Of a stretch of DNA of 64,000 bases, positions 24,136 to 34,335 are shown in pieces; within the stretch, counting starts at the first letter, position 1, and the number at the start of each line of letters is the position of its first letter. Made by a program: the position numbers and the translations under genes. Origin of the DNA: Scyliorhinus canicula (taxonomy: Eukaryota). The DNA lies in contig NW_024055461.1 of assembly GCF_902713615.1 (NCBI RefSeq), positions 2,672,345-2,736,344 of the forward strand, written 5' to 3'. The notes under the pieces are model-generated. The model did not search any database and had not been told where the DNA came from. It saw only the letters and a program-made list of their open reading frames with translations.

Positions 24136-25599
24136 AGGCTAGGACCCCTCCTAGCTGCGCCCCTCCCTCCACAGCACTCCCGTGAGCCAGCTAACTTCTG
24201 CTGACCCCAGCGACTCCTACCCTACCTTCGGCTCCTCCCAACGTGGGACTGCCCCTCTCCATTGTGCCCGTCAACGAGTCCACCCTCCCCCCGCTCTTGC
24301 ACGGAAAAGAAAACAACCAGCAATGACCCGCGCTTCTCAGCCCCGCCCCGCCCCCACCATCTCACAGCGCGGGAAACTCGCCGAAAGCCCGCGCTTTCGC
24401 CCTGCCGGGCCCCACCTCCTCCAGGGCCACTCCCATTGTCAGTCCCCCCCACCAGCTCCCCAAACTCCCCGTTTACCCCTCTGCCCGCACCCGTCCACCT
24501 GACCCCTGCTTAAAAACCCCTATAGAAAAAACAGTACGACATTCTTATGCTAAACCAAGCAAAAGCAAATACAATTACAATATTATACAACATCCCCCAT
24601 CCTAGACCCTCAGTTTGAGTCCAATTCCTCGGCCTGCACAAAGGCCCACGCCTCCTCCGGGGACTCAAAATAGTGGTGCCGATCTTATAGGTGACCCACA
24701 GACGCGCCGGCTGCAACATGCCGAACTTCACACTCCGTCTGTGGAGCACCGCCTTCGTCCGGTTAAACCCGGCCCTCCGCCTCGCCACCTCTGCACTCCA
24801 GTCCTGGAAGATCCGCACCTCCATGTTCTCCCACTTGCTGCTCCGCTCCTTCTTGGCCCACCGGAGCACACACTACGATCCACGAAGCGATGAAACCTCA
24901 CCAACACCGCCCGCAGCGGCTCGTTCGGCTTGGGACTCCTAGCCAGAATTCTGTGGGCCCCCTCTAACTCCAGGGGTCCCTGGAAGGACCCAGCCCCCAT
25001 CAGCGAGTTTAACATAACCACCACGTAGGCCGCTAGGTCCGACCCCTCCAGCCCCTCTGTGAGGCCCAGGATCCGCAAATTCTTCTTCCTCAACCGGTTG
25101 TCCAGCTCCTCGAACCGCTCCTGCCATCTTTTATGGAGCGCCTCGTGCATCTCCACCTTCCCCGCGATGGCCACGGCCTCATCCTCCCTTTCGGATGCCT
25201 GCTGCTGCAGCTCCCGGATCGCAGCCTCCTGGGCTGTCTGGGTCTCCATCAATTCCCTGTTGGTTACCTTCAGGGACTCCAGCAGCTCCAACTTCAGCTC
25301 CTGGAAGCAGCGCAGCAGAATCGCCTGCTGCTCCTGGGCCCACTGCCTCAGCTCCTCGAGGCCTTCGCCAGCCGCCATTTTTTCTTCCTGCCCCCGTTTT
25401 TTCAGAAACACTTTCCTCGGGTTTCTTCCTGCCGTGCTCCTGGTCCGGACCATGGGACCGTCGGGGTCAACTCCTGCCTTCTTCCCCCGTTGGGGTTCGC
25501 CGCTGCAGCTCCGTTGGGGTGAAAAGAGCCCCAAAGTCCGTTCTCCGCGGGAGCCGCTGAACGTGCGGCTTAGCTGATCATCGCCGCCACCAGAAGTCC
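19674..25599 (-). mobile_element. full-length L1-clade LINE, frameshifted; ORF1 about 25453-24610, ORF2 about 23965-19966
   Basis: 5' end GGGACTTCTGGTGGCGGCG; ORF1 coiled-coil/RRM (NRLRKKNLRILGLTEGLEG, PLELEGAHR); ORF2 EN (LITWNVRGLN, MLQETHL, SRIDFF, SDHAP), RT (YRPISLLNVDAK, GTRQGCPLSP, LYAD) and CCHC end (CARC...HAHMFWAC); poly(A) at 19674. No TSD found. Confidence 0.95.
21679..21904 (-). mobile_element. poly(A)-tailed V-SINE inserted in the L1 RT region
   Basis: 12-bp TSD cctgactctctc at 21667-21678 and 21905-21916. Confidence 0.95.
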
Positions 25600-26390
25600 C
25601 TCCCCCCTTCCCTTCTGAGCAACAGGGACAGACTCTGTGCCAGACACCTGTACCCCATGGCTTACCCCTGGTATTGATCAGGATCGCGACCCCTCTAGTC
25701 TTTGAAACTAGCCCTGCATGAATCACCTGACTGACCCAGCTTTTCCTCAGTCTAACCTGGTCTGTTACCTTAAGGTGGGTCTCCTGCAACATCACCACGT
25801 CCCCCCCTGCAGTATCCAAAGCGGTATACTTGTTACTAAGGGGAACGACCACAGGGGATCCTTGTACTGACTGCTTCCTCCCAGTCCCTCTCACCGCCAC
25901 CCACCTATCTTTATTCCTCGGAGTAACTACATCACTGAAACTTCTATCTATGACCACTTCTGCCTCCAGAATGATCCGCAGTTCATCCAGCTCCAGTTTC
26001 CTAATGTGGTTTCTGAGGAGCTGCAGATGGGTGCACTTCCCAAAGGTGAAATCAGCAGGGACACTGACAGCGTCCCTCACCTCAAACATTCTGCAGGAGG
26101 AACATTGTACTGCCTTCCCAGCCATCCCCTCTAGATAAAACAAGAAAAAGAAAGGAAGACCTTACCTGTTATTCAGTCAACCCTATAGGTTAGAGGATGT
26201 GGAAGGGTGGGGGACACTACAAGTGTAGTGTCTCTGGTTTAGCAACCGCCCAACTGATATACAGGTACCAACAAATTCTCCCGCAAATCCCCACCGCCGA
26301 CTTCCTGCAGCTCTAAAGGTAAGTTTTTGAAGAGGTAAACTTACCTTCCCGACAGACCCCTGCACACTGCTCCCGCCGAAAATCTGGGGA
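25600..26390 (-). mobile_element. CR1 5' UTR + ORF1 N-terminal part, with an embedded L1 endonuclease fragment (25673-25798)
   Basis: MAGKAVQCSSCRMFEV...LELDELR...SPVVVPLSNKYTALD and (other frame) PGVSHGVQVSGTESVPVAQKGRGE are CR1 ORF1; VVMLQETHLKVTDQVRLRKSWVSQVIHAGLVSKTRGVAILIN is L1 EN. Confidence 0.8.
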
Positions 26391-26699
26391 GGGGGAAGAG
26401 GAGAAAAGGCCGGAAGGACACAAAAGGGAACAACGTGGGAGGGTGGGCAAACTTCCCCCCCCCCCCCCCCCCCCCCCGTCTCCCAGGCAATCATAGGGAA
26501 ACACAGCCGACGTTGACGAGGGAAGTAAAGAGAATGGGAGGACGGGGAGAGAAAGGGGGGGGGAACACGGGGGGGTGCGGGAGGTGGAGAGGAGGGCAGG
26601 GAGGGGCGGGATGGGGCACCACAAGCCGAGCCAGAGGGCGGCAGAATGTAAATAGGGTAAATTAAGGGAAGGATAAGACAAACCTCAACATTTATAACA

Positions 26700-27285
26700 C
26701 TAATCTTTCGTCTGGGGAGGTTTTGACTTTTCAGTCATCGTGTGCCCGAGGCTGAGGATTTAATCATTGGTGACTACAAGCTGCCGGATCCAGCTACGTG
26801 TCTGTGTAAATGGAGAACTGTTATGAATGAGAAGGAACCGATCATTTTTGGTTTCACTGATAGGTGCACTAATGTCCCTCAGATATCATAGATCTCCGCA
26901 GTCCGCCAGGATTGTCCTTCCTTTAGTTATTACAGCTCTTTGGCAGGTGGAGGCAGTCACACGCGCCTCCTGAGATCTTTCTCCATGTCTGCTTTTCTAT
27001 CTCTCATTGACTGTTTTGGGGCCTATCGTACACTGCCATCATGCGATTGACCCCATTATAATGTTTAGGTTGAGGAGCGTGCTGAGATATCATCCTTCCT
27101 CACTGCAGTGATTGATTCCTTGGTTAATGTTGCGTCACCGCCTGCTCTTTTACGCCGTCCCCCCATCTCACATGAAAATTCTATACCTCGGAATATTGAG
27201 CTGACTGTCCTTCCCCTCCCCCAACCATATCTATGTATCAGCAATAATATCCTACTTCCATGTGTTAATGAACGCCGACAGTTCA
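26700..27285 (-). mobile_element. degraded CR1 endonuclease fragment
   Basis: Antisense ...GGRRKRAGGDATLTKESITAVRKDDI resembles CR1 EN GGGVALLIKESITAV. Confidence 0.65.
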
Positions 27286-27290
27286 CCAGG

Positions 27291-27608
27291 CTCACGGTAG
27301 CATGGTGGTTAGCATCAATGCTTCACAGCTCCAGGGTCCCAGGTTCGATTCCTGGCTGGGTCACTGTTTGTGTGGAGTCTGCACGTCCTCCCCGTGTGTG
27401 CGTGGGTTTCCTCCGGGTGCTCCGGTTTCCTCCCACAGTCCAAAGATGTGTGGGTTAGGTGGATTGGCCATGCTAAATTGCCCGTAGTGTAAGGTTAATG
27501 GGGGGATTGTTGGGTTACGGGTATACGGGTTATGTGGGTTTAAGTAGGGTGATCATTGCTCGGCACAACATCGAGGGCCGAAGGGCCTGTTCTGTAATGT
27601 TCTATTAT
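27291..27608 (+). mobile_element. V-SINE with CR1-type tail
   Basis: Head, V-domain and gggccgaagggcctgttctg tail. Confidence 0.9.
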
Positions 27609-28226
27609 TCGTAAGATCCCTTACATTAAAACATATGCCATCCAGCTTTACCATATTCCTTGAGCCTCAATATATCTTTGCACTGGGTTCCAGACTGACT
27701 TGGTTTTGCTTCTATATTTGGTTTTGCCTCACTCCCTACTGTACCTTCACTCTGTATCCCAGCACCCAAACGACCACCTATCTATTCAAATTCAATTTCC
27801 CTGCACTTGGCCCATAGCCGTTTAAGCCTTGGCATCGCAAGTGTAAATCTAACTATTTATTAAATGTTATGAAGTTATCTGCGTCCACCACGCAAACTCC
27901 CAACAGGCTTGGATTGAAAACGCTTTCCCTCAAATCCCATCTTGGAGTCACTTTTGCGGTCGCAGACACGCATGTCTGCACGCTTCACTATTCGGCCTCA
28001 GACCACCGTTGCTCTTTCACTCTTCTTCCTCCGCCCTTGTGCAGCTGTGTCACCCACAGTGCCGTGAACATGGTTCCGGCTGCAACTTCCCAGAGAAACA
28101 ACCACTCTCACCATCTTTCAGCACAACAAAACGGCTCTTGAGTAAGATGCACTCGGGGACATTCCTCACGACTGTCTGCCCCCTTCTTTGACTGGTAATC
28201 TCCCGTTCACTCTCTGACTGCACTTC

Positions 28227-28412
28227 GAAATGAAATGAAATGAAAATTGCTTATTGTCATGAGTAGGCTTCAAATGAAGTTACTGTGAAAAGCCCCTAGT
28301 CGCCACATTCCGGCGCCTGTTCGGGGAGGCTGTTACGGGAATCGAACCGTGCTGCTGGCTTGCTTTGGTCTGCTTTCAAAGCCAGCGATTTAGCTGTGTG
28401 CTAAACAGCCCC
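28227..28412 (-). mobile_element. family B SINE
   Basis: Reverse complement of the 7945 element, with a (gaaat)n tail. Confidence 0.85.
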
Positions 28413-28924
28413 ATACTTCTGTCATACAAAACACTTCTGTCCCCATACAAAACACTTCTGTCAGCTGCGGGGAAACCATGTCTAAAAACGTGCTATTCAC
28501 GAACCTTTCAGCCTCGCTGCGCCGCCAGCCGATTCCCAAGCTCCGAAACCCGGCTTTCCAGGTGGTCAAACCTGTGTCGCATCTTGCAAATGTGTTCATC
28601 CAGACGGCAAAGAGTGTCTCGGAATTCCTGCATACTGCGCTCCGTGCAACACACTGGGCTGAGCTCCCCAGTCGTACATTTAGTTAAAAGGCTCTTATGT
28701 TAAATTTATGCCAATTAGAAAAATATTTAAAAGCTGTAACTCTTACATTTCCTTAATGTAACTTTAAATTGGAGTAAAACAACTTTCCCAGAGCATACCA
28801 ATCAACTTCATCTATCGTAAGCTCTACTGCTCCAGCAGGGCAAGACCAGTTTCTTAAATCGTGGGATTTAGAAAGCAAAGAAGCAAAGAACACCTGTTGA
28901 TATTCCCTCCCTCTGACTTTATCT

Positions 28925-29105
28925 TACTCAGGTAATGTCTCTCCCAATGTTCCTGCACCCACCAACTCCAACTTTTTCTCATTAGGTAACTTGCTCATTC
29001 CAGGTATCAATCCAGTCATCCTCCTCTGAACCACCTCAGCTACATTTATATCACCACTCAAATAATGAGGCCAAAATTGGATACAGTATTTTATACGTCG
29101 TCTAA
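28925..29105 (-). mobile_element. old CR1 RT C-terminal fragment
   Basis: VRRRIKYCIQFWPHYLSGDINVAEVVQRRMTGLIPGM. Confidence 0.7.
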
Positions 29106-29109
29106 CCAT

Positions 29110-29203
29110 ACATCTGTCCATCTCTCTCTCACACACACACACACATCTTCCTATCTCCCACTCTCTTTTTCTTTCTCTCTCTCCCTCTCTCCTTCTCTCT
29201 CTA
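29110..29203. repeat. compound (TC)/(AC)/(CT) microsatellite
   Basis: Directly visible. Confidence 0.85.
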
Positions 29204-29936
29204 TCGAATTGTTGTAATGGGTTGGAGCGATGGTCCAGTGTGTTCTATTTGCAAACAGGCTCACTGATTTGTCAAATCTATTTCTTGTCCTGAGGTGGAA
29301 GAAGTTTTCATGGCTCCGTGACTGAAAACATAAGTTTCACTGCTATACTTTTTCTGTTATATTTGTTTACAAATAGACCTCGCAATGTTAATATTTCGAC
29401 GTTGACTTGCGGGCACATGATAAGTACTGAGGAAACAGATCTTTGATTTACTGCACAAAACACCCAGATGCTTCCTGTAAATGTCTTCGAGCATTTTATT
29501 CTGCCCAGCCCCGAAAATGCAGTCGACTGTGTTGCTGCCAAACACTGTGTGGGATTGATTCGAGTGAATAAAAATGAACAAAATTAGTCTTGACCGTCCA
29601 AACTAAAGAACTGTTTCAGTCGAAAAAGACATTTTATCTGGTATTTACTCAAAATAACAATTTTCTTTGGTGCCATGTTCACAGTACCAGAATGTCTGAA
29701 ATTGATTAATATTTAATTTGTATTATTTCCAAATAAAAGGCATTCAAGTTATTGAAACGCGTTTTATGTGCACCAGTCAGCTAAAGGGTTTCTTATACTT
29801 GAAAGGTATCCTTGTGTTCTGCAGTTTAATTTCTAGTAATCTTCTTTACTTAATAGTCTATCTCCTAATTACCACTGAGTGGAGAAATGGCCAGTTTATG
29901 ACCTGCTTCAGTGGAAGAAAAAACATTAAAACATTT

Positions 29937-30142
29937 TTTTTTAGAGCAACCAAGTTTGTTCCAATTGAGGGGCAATTTAGTGTAGCCAATCCACCTAAGC
30001 TGCACATCTTTGGGTTGTGGGGGTAAAACCCACACAGACAGGGGGATAATGGGCAACTCCACACGGGCAGTGATCCAGAGGCGGGATCGAACCCGGGTCC
30101 TTAGCGCCGTAGTCCCAGTGCTAACTGTGCCACGTGTCGCCC
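29937..30142 (-). mobile_element. short poly(A)-tailed V-SINE
   Basis: V-domain; aaacattt at both flanks (29929-29936, 30150-30157). Confidence 0.85.
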
Positions 30143-30879
30143 GAAGATGAAACATTTATTCTTGCGATATTGTGTAGTATGCCGCAAAGTCCTGATAGCC
30201 TGTGTTCCCAACACCAGTGAATGTTAGACAATTGGAGGCCAATAAAATCGATTGCTGAAGATAGCTTTGCTGATCGCCGTGTCCATTCTGATTTATTAAC
30301 CTTTCTGTTAAAGTTTGATGTAAATTTAATGTTTCTCTGTCAAATCATTGCCTAATTATCAGGCAAGTGGGCTTCTTTTACTACTAATTTTCACAGGGCT
30401 GTATTTGACGCAGGAACAGTTCACAAAATATAAGAGGAAATATGTAGAATGCGAGGAATTCTTATCTCCGGAAGCAAATTGCACAGCGATAGCCATCCAC
30501 ACTGTAAATAGAATCACATGATTCATCCCCCGCTTTTAGTTATAAAAATTGATAAGAATTCTCTGGTAGATTATACTTTATTGTTGCCATGGGACAGATA
30601 CCCAGAGTTGGTGCAAAACAGACTGACAGTCTCCTTGTTCACTGTCAATATAATTTAATCTTTCAAATCCCCATTCTGAGGCGTGTCGAAATTACTGGGC
30701 TGAATTTACAAAGGAATGAGATTTATTTTATCATTAACATATGCTTAATTACAGCCAAGGGAGATATTGCAATGAATCCATTCAGCCAAGCAAATGTCCC
30801 GAATGAGACAAAATGCCCACTTTTAATAATAAATTATAAATCTCTGAGTCCATTCTGTTGGGGGTGTGGAAGGTGGGAC

Positions 30880-31036
30880 GTGGATCCAGGCGCCGCCTCC
30901 ACCAGGGAATCAACAGGCGGCGCCTGGAAAGCCGCCCCCTTCTGCCGGGTATTTAAATGCCGCTCACTGGGATCCGAATCCAACAGTCCGGGAGCTGGTT
31001 TGTTCACTGAGTTCCTGACACAACCATTTCCCCCAA
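30880..31036 (+). promoter_or_regulatory. putative VH promoter
   Basis: TATA-like tatttaaat at 30950-30958, GC box at 30931-30939, 14-bp perfect inverted repeat at 30885-30928; no octamer seen in the upstream 800 bp. Confidence 0.55.
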
Positions 31037-31094
31037 ATGACCAGAAGGATGAGGTGGGCCATTTCTCTCAGTTTGTTGCTGACTTTCTTATCCC
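31037..31094 (+). CDS. IGHV: IgH leader exon
   Basis: (MTRR)MRWAISLSLLLTFLS-c|gtgagt; spliced across a 126-nt intron it gives ...FLSRVQS, a shark-type VH leader. Confidence 0.9.
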
Positions 31095-31220
31095 GTGAGT
31101 AGTTTTTATTGTCCAAGTCTCTCACTGTTACTGTCTCAGTGTTAGTCTCTATGGAATGTTCCAGAGTCACCAATCATTTCACCAGCATTAATCCTCGGGC
31201 TTTCTGATATATTTGTACAG

Positions 31221-31547
31221 GTGTCCAGTCAGATTTTGGGTTCACTCAGCCAGAGGCAGAGACTGGTCGTCCCGGAGGCTCCTCGAAGCTGGCTTGTAAA
31301 GTCAGTGGGCTCGCCTTGGTTCACGCTTACATGTATTGGATCCGGCAGATTCCGGGGCAGGAATTGGAGTGGTTGGTGTTCTATCAGAGTTCGTCCAACA
31401 AATACTACGCCCCAGAGATTCAGAATAGATTTATTGCATCAAAAGACCTTTTAAGCAGCATCTTCACTTTGGACATGAAGAACCTGCAGACTGAAGACAC
31501 CGCAATCTACTACTGTGCTTGGCAGTCGAAAAACCCCGCGACGCGTG
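31221..31547 (+). CDS. IGHV: IgM-type VH exon, open, with 28 nt of pre-joined D/N-like sequence
   Basis: [108 protein letters not shown]; both Cys, the Trp and YYC are conserved. Confidence 0.95.
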
Positions 31548-31575
31548 CACAGAGTTTACTGACAATACAAAAACC
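31548..31575 (+). other. 12-bp-spacer recombination signal sequence
   Basis: CACAGAG + tttactgacaat (12 nt) + ACAAAAACC (perfect nonamer). Confidence 0.95.
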
Positions 31576-31893
31576 CACACTCTGCCAATTCATTGTGACT
31601 GGGTAAATGCTCGCTTGTAGAATCTAACTATATTTAGATGGCCGTTGTGTCTCCGGCATTGTCCAAGTAACAAGGTTTCAGATGGAAATGAGTTGATGAC
31701 TATTTGTTTATCAATTGACACTTTCAATATCCATGTTTTCCTCACTGAAGAATAAAATATTAGAGTCAATTATGAAGAATGAATGCTGTCTACAAATATA
31801 ATTATATCTTTATGAAGATATATTGAGACACTACTTTGGGGCTTCTTCGAAAATATTTAAAGTAATCGATTTCTGTGCATTTTGTGTAGAGCC

Positions 31894-31932
31894 GGTTATT
31901 GTATGACACCACCCAGGGAATGTACCATTGTG
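31894..31932 (-). other. 23-bp-spacer RSS of JH
   Basis: GGTTATTGT + 23 nt + CATTGTG. Confidence 0.9.
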
Positions 31933-31979
31933 CCTCGTTGACTTCTGGGGCCAAGGAACCAGGGTGACGGTAACGGCAG
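31933..31979 (+). CDS. IGHJ: JH segment
   Basis: LVDFWGQGTRVTVTA followed by the donor g|gtaag. Confidence 0.95.
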
Positions 31980-33166
31980 GTAAGACCCATACGTTTATTC
32001 AGCAACTGTTCTATTTTTGTCCTTGTTTTATATTTGTCTCCATTTTACGAATCCATTCGTTCACTAAAAGAGGGTTTGGTGGATTATGTGTTGAGATGTT
32101 TTTTTGCCATATATCATGTGAATTTGTTGAGAAGGGGGGTTATCCAATTCTGCAGTTTCCTGAAAAAAGGTCCTGATGAGGTATTCAGTCCCTGGTTGTT
32201 GCGATTTGTGTTTATGTGTGGGGGACATTGTGTGGCCGGGTTACTTTGAATGCCTGGTGAACAGCTTGGCAGGTTTATTGTGTCTGATCTCAGTGACATC
32301 TGATTGCTAGTCTGTCCTGATCTAATGCAAATTGTAAATGCTTAAATATGGTTTAAATATGATTGTTGTCAGTAAGATTTAGCCGTTAGATTTTTGCTTT
32401 CAGATATTTTCGTGATAATCTAATTGTCGTCTTTTAATCAATGCCCATTGATGCTTATATGCAATATTGCAAAGTTCAAAGTAATTATTCCGATACATGT
32501 ATATATACAAAGGTATCATTTACATAGTGGTTACATTGTGGTTCTAAAACCAGATGTTAATAAAGAATTATAACGTCACAATGTTGACTTACTGATCATT
32601 TTCCGTCGGTGCACAATGGTATTGTCAATATTCCCAATCTCTGATTATTTTAATTATGTATTCGTTCTGCTTTGTCAGTGGATTCTAAATTGTCATTTCC
32701 TTGAAATGCTATATTTGATACAACTGGAAGAGCACCTTTAGAATTATGTTGCTGCTCTTTGAAGCGATGTGAGGTGCGGTTCAGCCCGGCAGTGATGTTA
32801 TTTGTTGTTTAGCCGTTGAGTAGAGTGTGTGTCGGAGCTGTTTCTAATGAGAAATACTTTTGAAACTGTTGGGCTTTTTTGCATTCTGTAGCATACTGTT
32901 GCATCTATTTAAAGCGATTTGTCGCAGGTCGGTTCCAGAAAAAAAATTCAGTTATGGTATATTAGTCCATGATTTAAATAATAGTGAACATTGCACGTTG
33001 TACGATTAAGCATTTATTCAGTACGTGAATTATGATTACAATCCTAATCTGCATAATTAGCAGATTTGCTCCTTGGGGAGTAAAATTAACATAATTCAAA
33101 GCATTTAAATGTAGCAAGTCATCCGGATGTTAACCAAAGACATATTTTATTAATATTCTTTCGTTA

Positions 33167-33372
33167 GGGTGGCACGTGGCGCACTGGTTAGCACTGGGAC
33201 TACGGCGCTGAGGACCTGGGTTCCAAGGTCACTGTCCGTGTGGAGTTTGCACATTCTCCCCGTTTCTGCGTGGGTTTCAACCCCAGAACCCAAAGATGTG
33301 CAGGTTAGGTGGATTGGCCATGTTAAATTGGCCCTTAATTGGAAAAAAATAATAATAATTATGAAAAAAATA
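33167..33372 (+). mobile_element. short poly(A)-tailed V-SINE
   Basis: TSD tattc(t/a)ttcgtta at 33154-33166 and 33373-33385. Confidence 0.85.
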
Positions 33373-33459
33373 TATTCATTCGTTAATACTTTATCATTTA
33401 TTTATAATTCTGTGGTTCACTGTGCACAATTAAAGCATGAGGAATTCTATGTTCATTGT

Positions 33460-34335
33460 TCTTTGAAAGTTGCCACTCAAGTGGATAGAGCTGTGAAGAA
33501 GGCCTATGGTGTGCTAGCGTTCATTAGCAGAGGGATTGAATTTAAGAGCCGTGAGGTGATGATGCAGCTGTACAAAACCTTGGTCAGGCCACATTTGGAG
33601 TACTGTGTGCAGTTCTGGTCACCTCATTTTAGGAAGGATGTGGAAGCTTTGGAAAAGGTGCAAAGGAGATTTACCAGGATGTTGCCTGGAATGGAGAGTA
33701 GGTCATACGAGGAAAGATTGAGGGTGCTGGGCCTTTTCTCATTGGAATGGAGAAGGATGAGGGGCGACTTGATAGAGGTTTATAAGATGATCAGGGGAAT
33801 AGATAGAGTAGATAGTCAGAGACTTTTTCCCCGGGTGGAACACACCATTACAAGGGGACATAAATTTAAGATAAATGGTGGAAGATATAGAGGGGATGTC
33901 AGAGGTAGGTTCTTTACCCAGAGAGTAGTGGGGGCATGGAATGCACTGCCTGTGGTAGTAGTTGAGTCGGAAAATTTATGGACCTTCAAACGGCTATTGG
34001 ATAGGTACTTGGATTAGGGTAGAATAAGGGAGTGTAGGTTAACTTCTTAAGGGCAGCACGGTAGCATTGTGGATAGCACAATTGCTTCACAGCTCCAGGG
34101 TCCCAAGTTCGATTTCGACTTGGGTCACTGTCTGTGTGGAGTCTGCACATCCTCCCCGTGACTGCGTGGGTTTCCTCCGGGTACTCCGGTTTCCTCCCAC
34201 AGTCCAAAGATGTGCAGGTTGGGTGGATTGGCCATGACAAATTGTCCAAAATTCTATGATTAACCTAGGACAAAAGTTCGGCGCAACATCGTGGGCCGAA
34301 GGGCCTGTTCTGTGCTGTATTTCTCTATCTATCTA
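33460..34335 (+). mobile_element. CR1 3' fragment with a V-SINE (34051-34260) inserted in its 3' UTR
   Basis: QVDRAVKKAYGVLAFISRG...LVRPHLEYCVQFWSP...FFTQRVVGAWN; tail gggccgaagggcctgttctgtgctg at 34290-34320; ttaa flanks the SINE. Confidence 0.92.

Noticed and set aside
26390-26670. G-rich block beside the CR1 5' end
   Set aside because: Could not be assigned to a family by eye; probably TE-derived low-complexity sequence.
28425-28472. Short tandem duplication catacaaaacacttctgtc
   Set aside because: Local slippage next to a SINE insertion; no further structure.
31591-31597. CATTGTG heptamer as the RSS of a hidden D segment
   Set aside because: No GGTTTTTGT-like nonamer at 12 or 23 nt and no matching 3' RSS.
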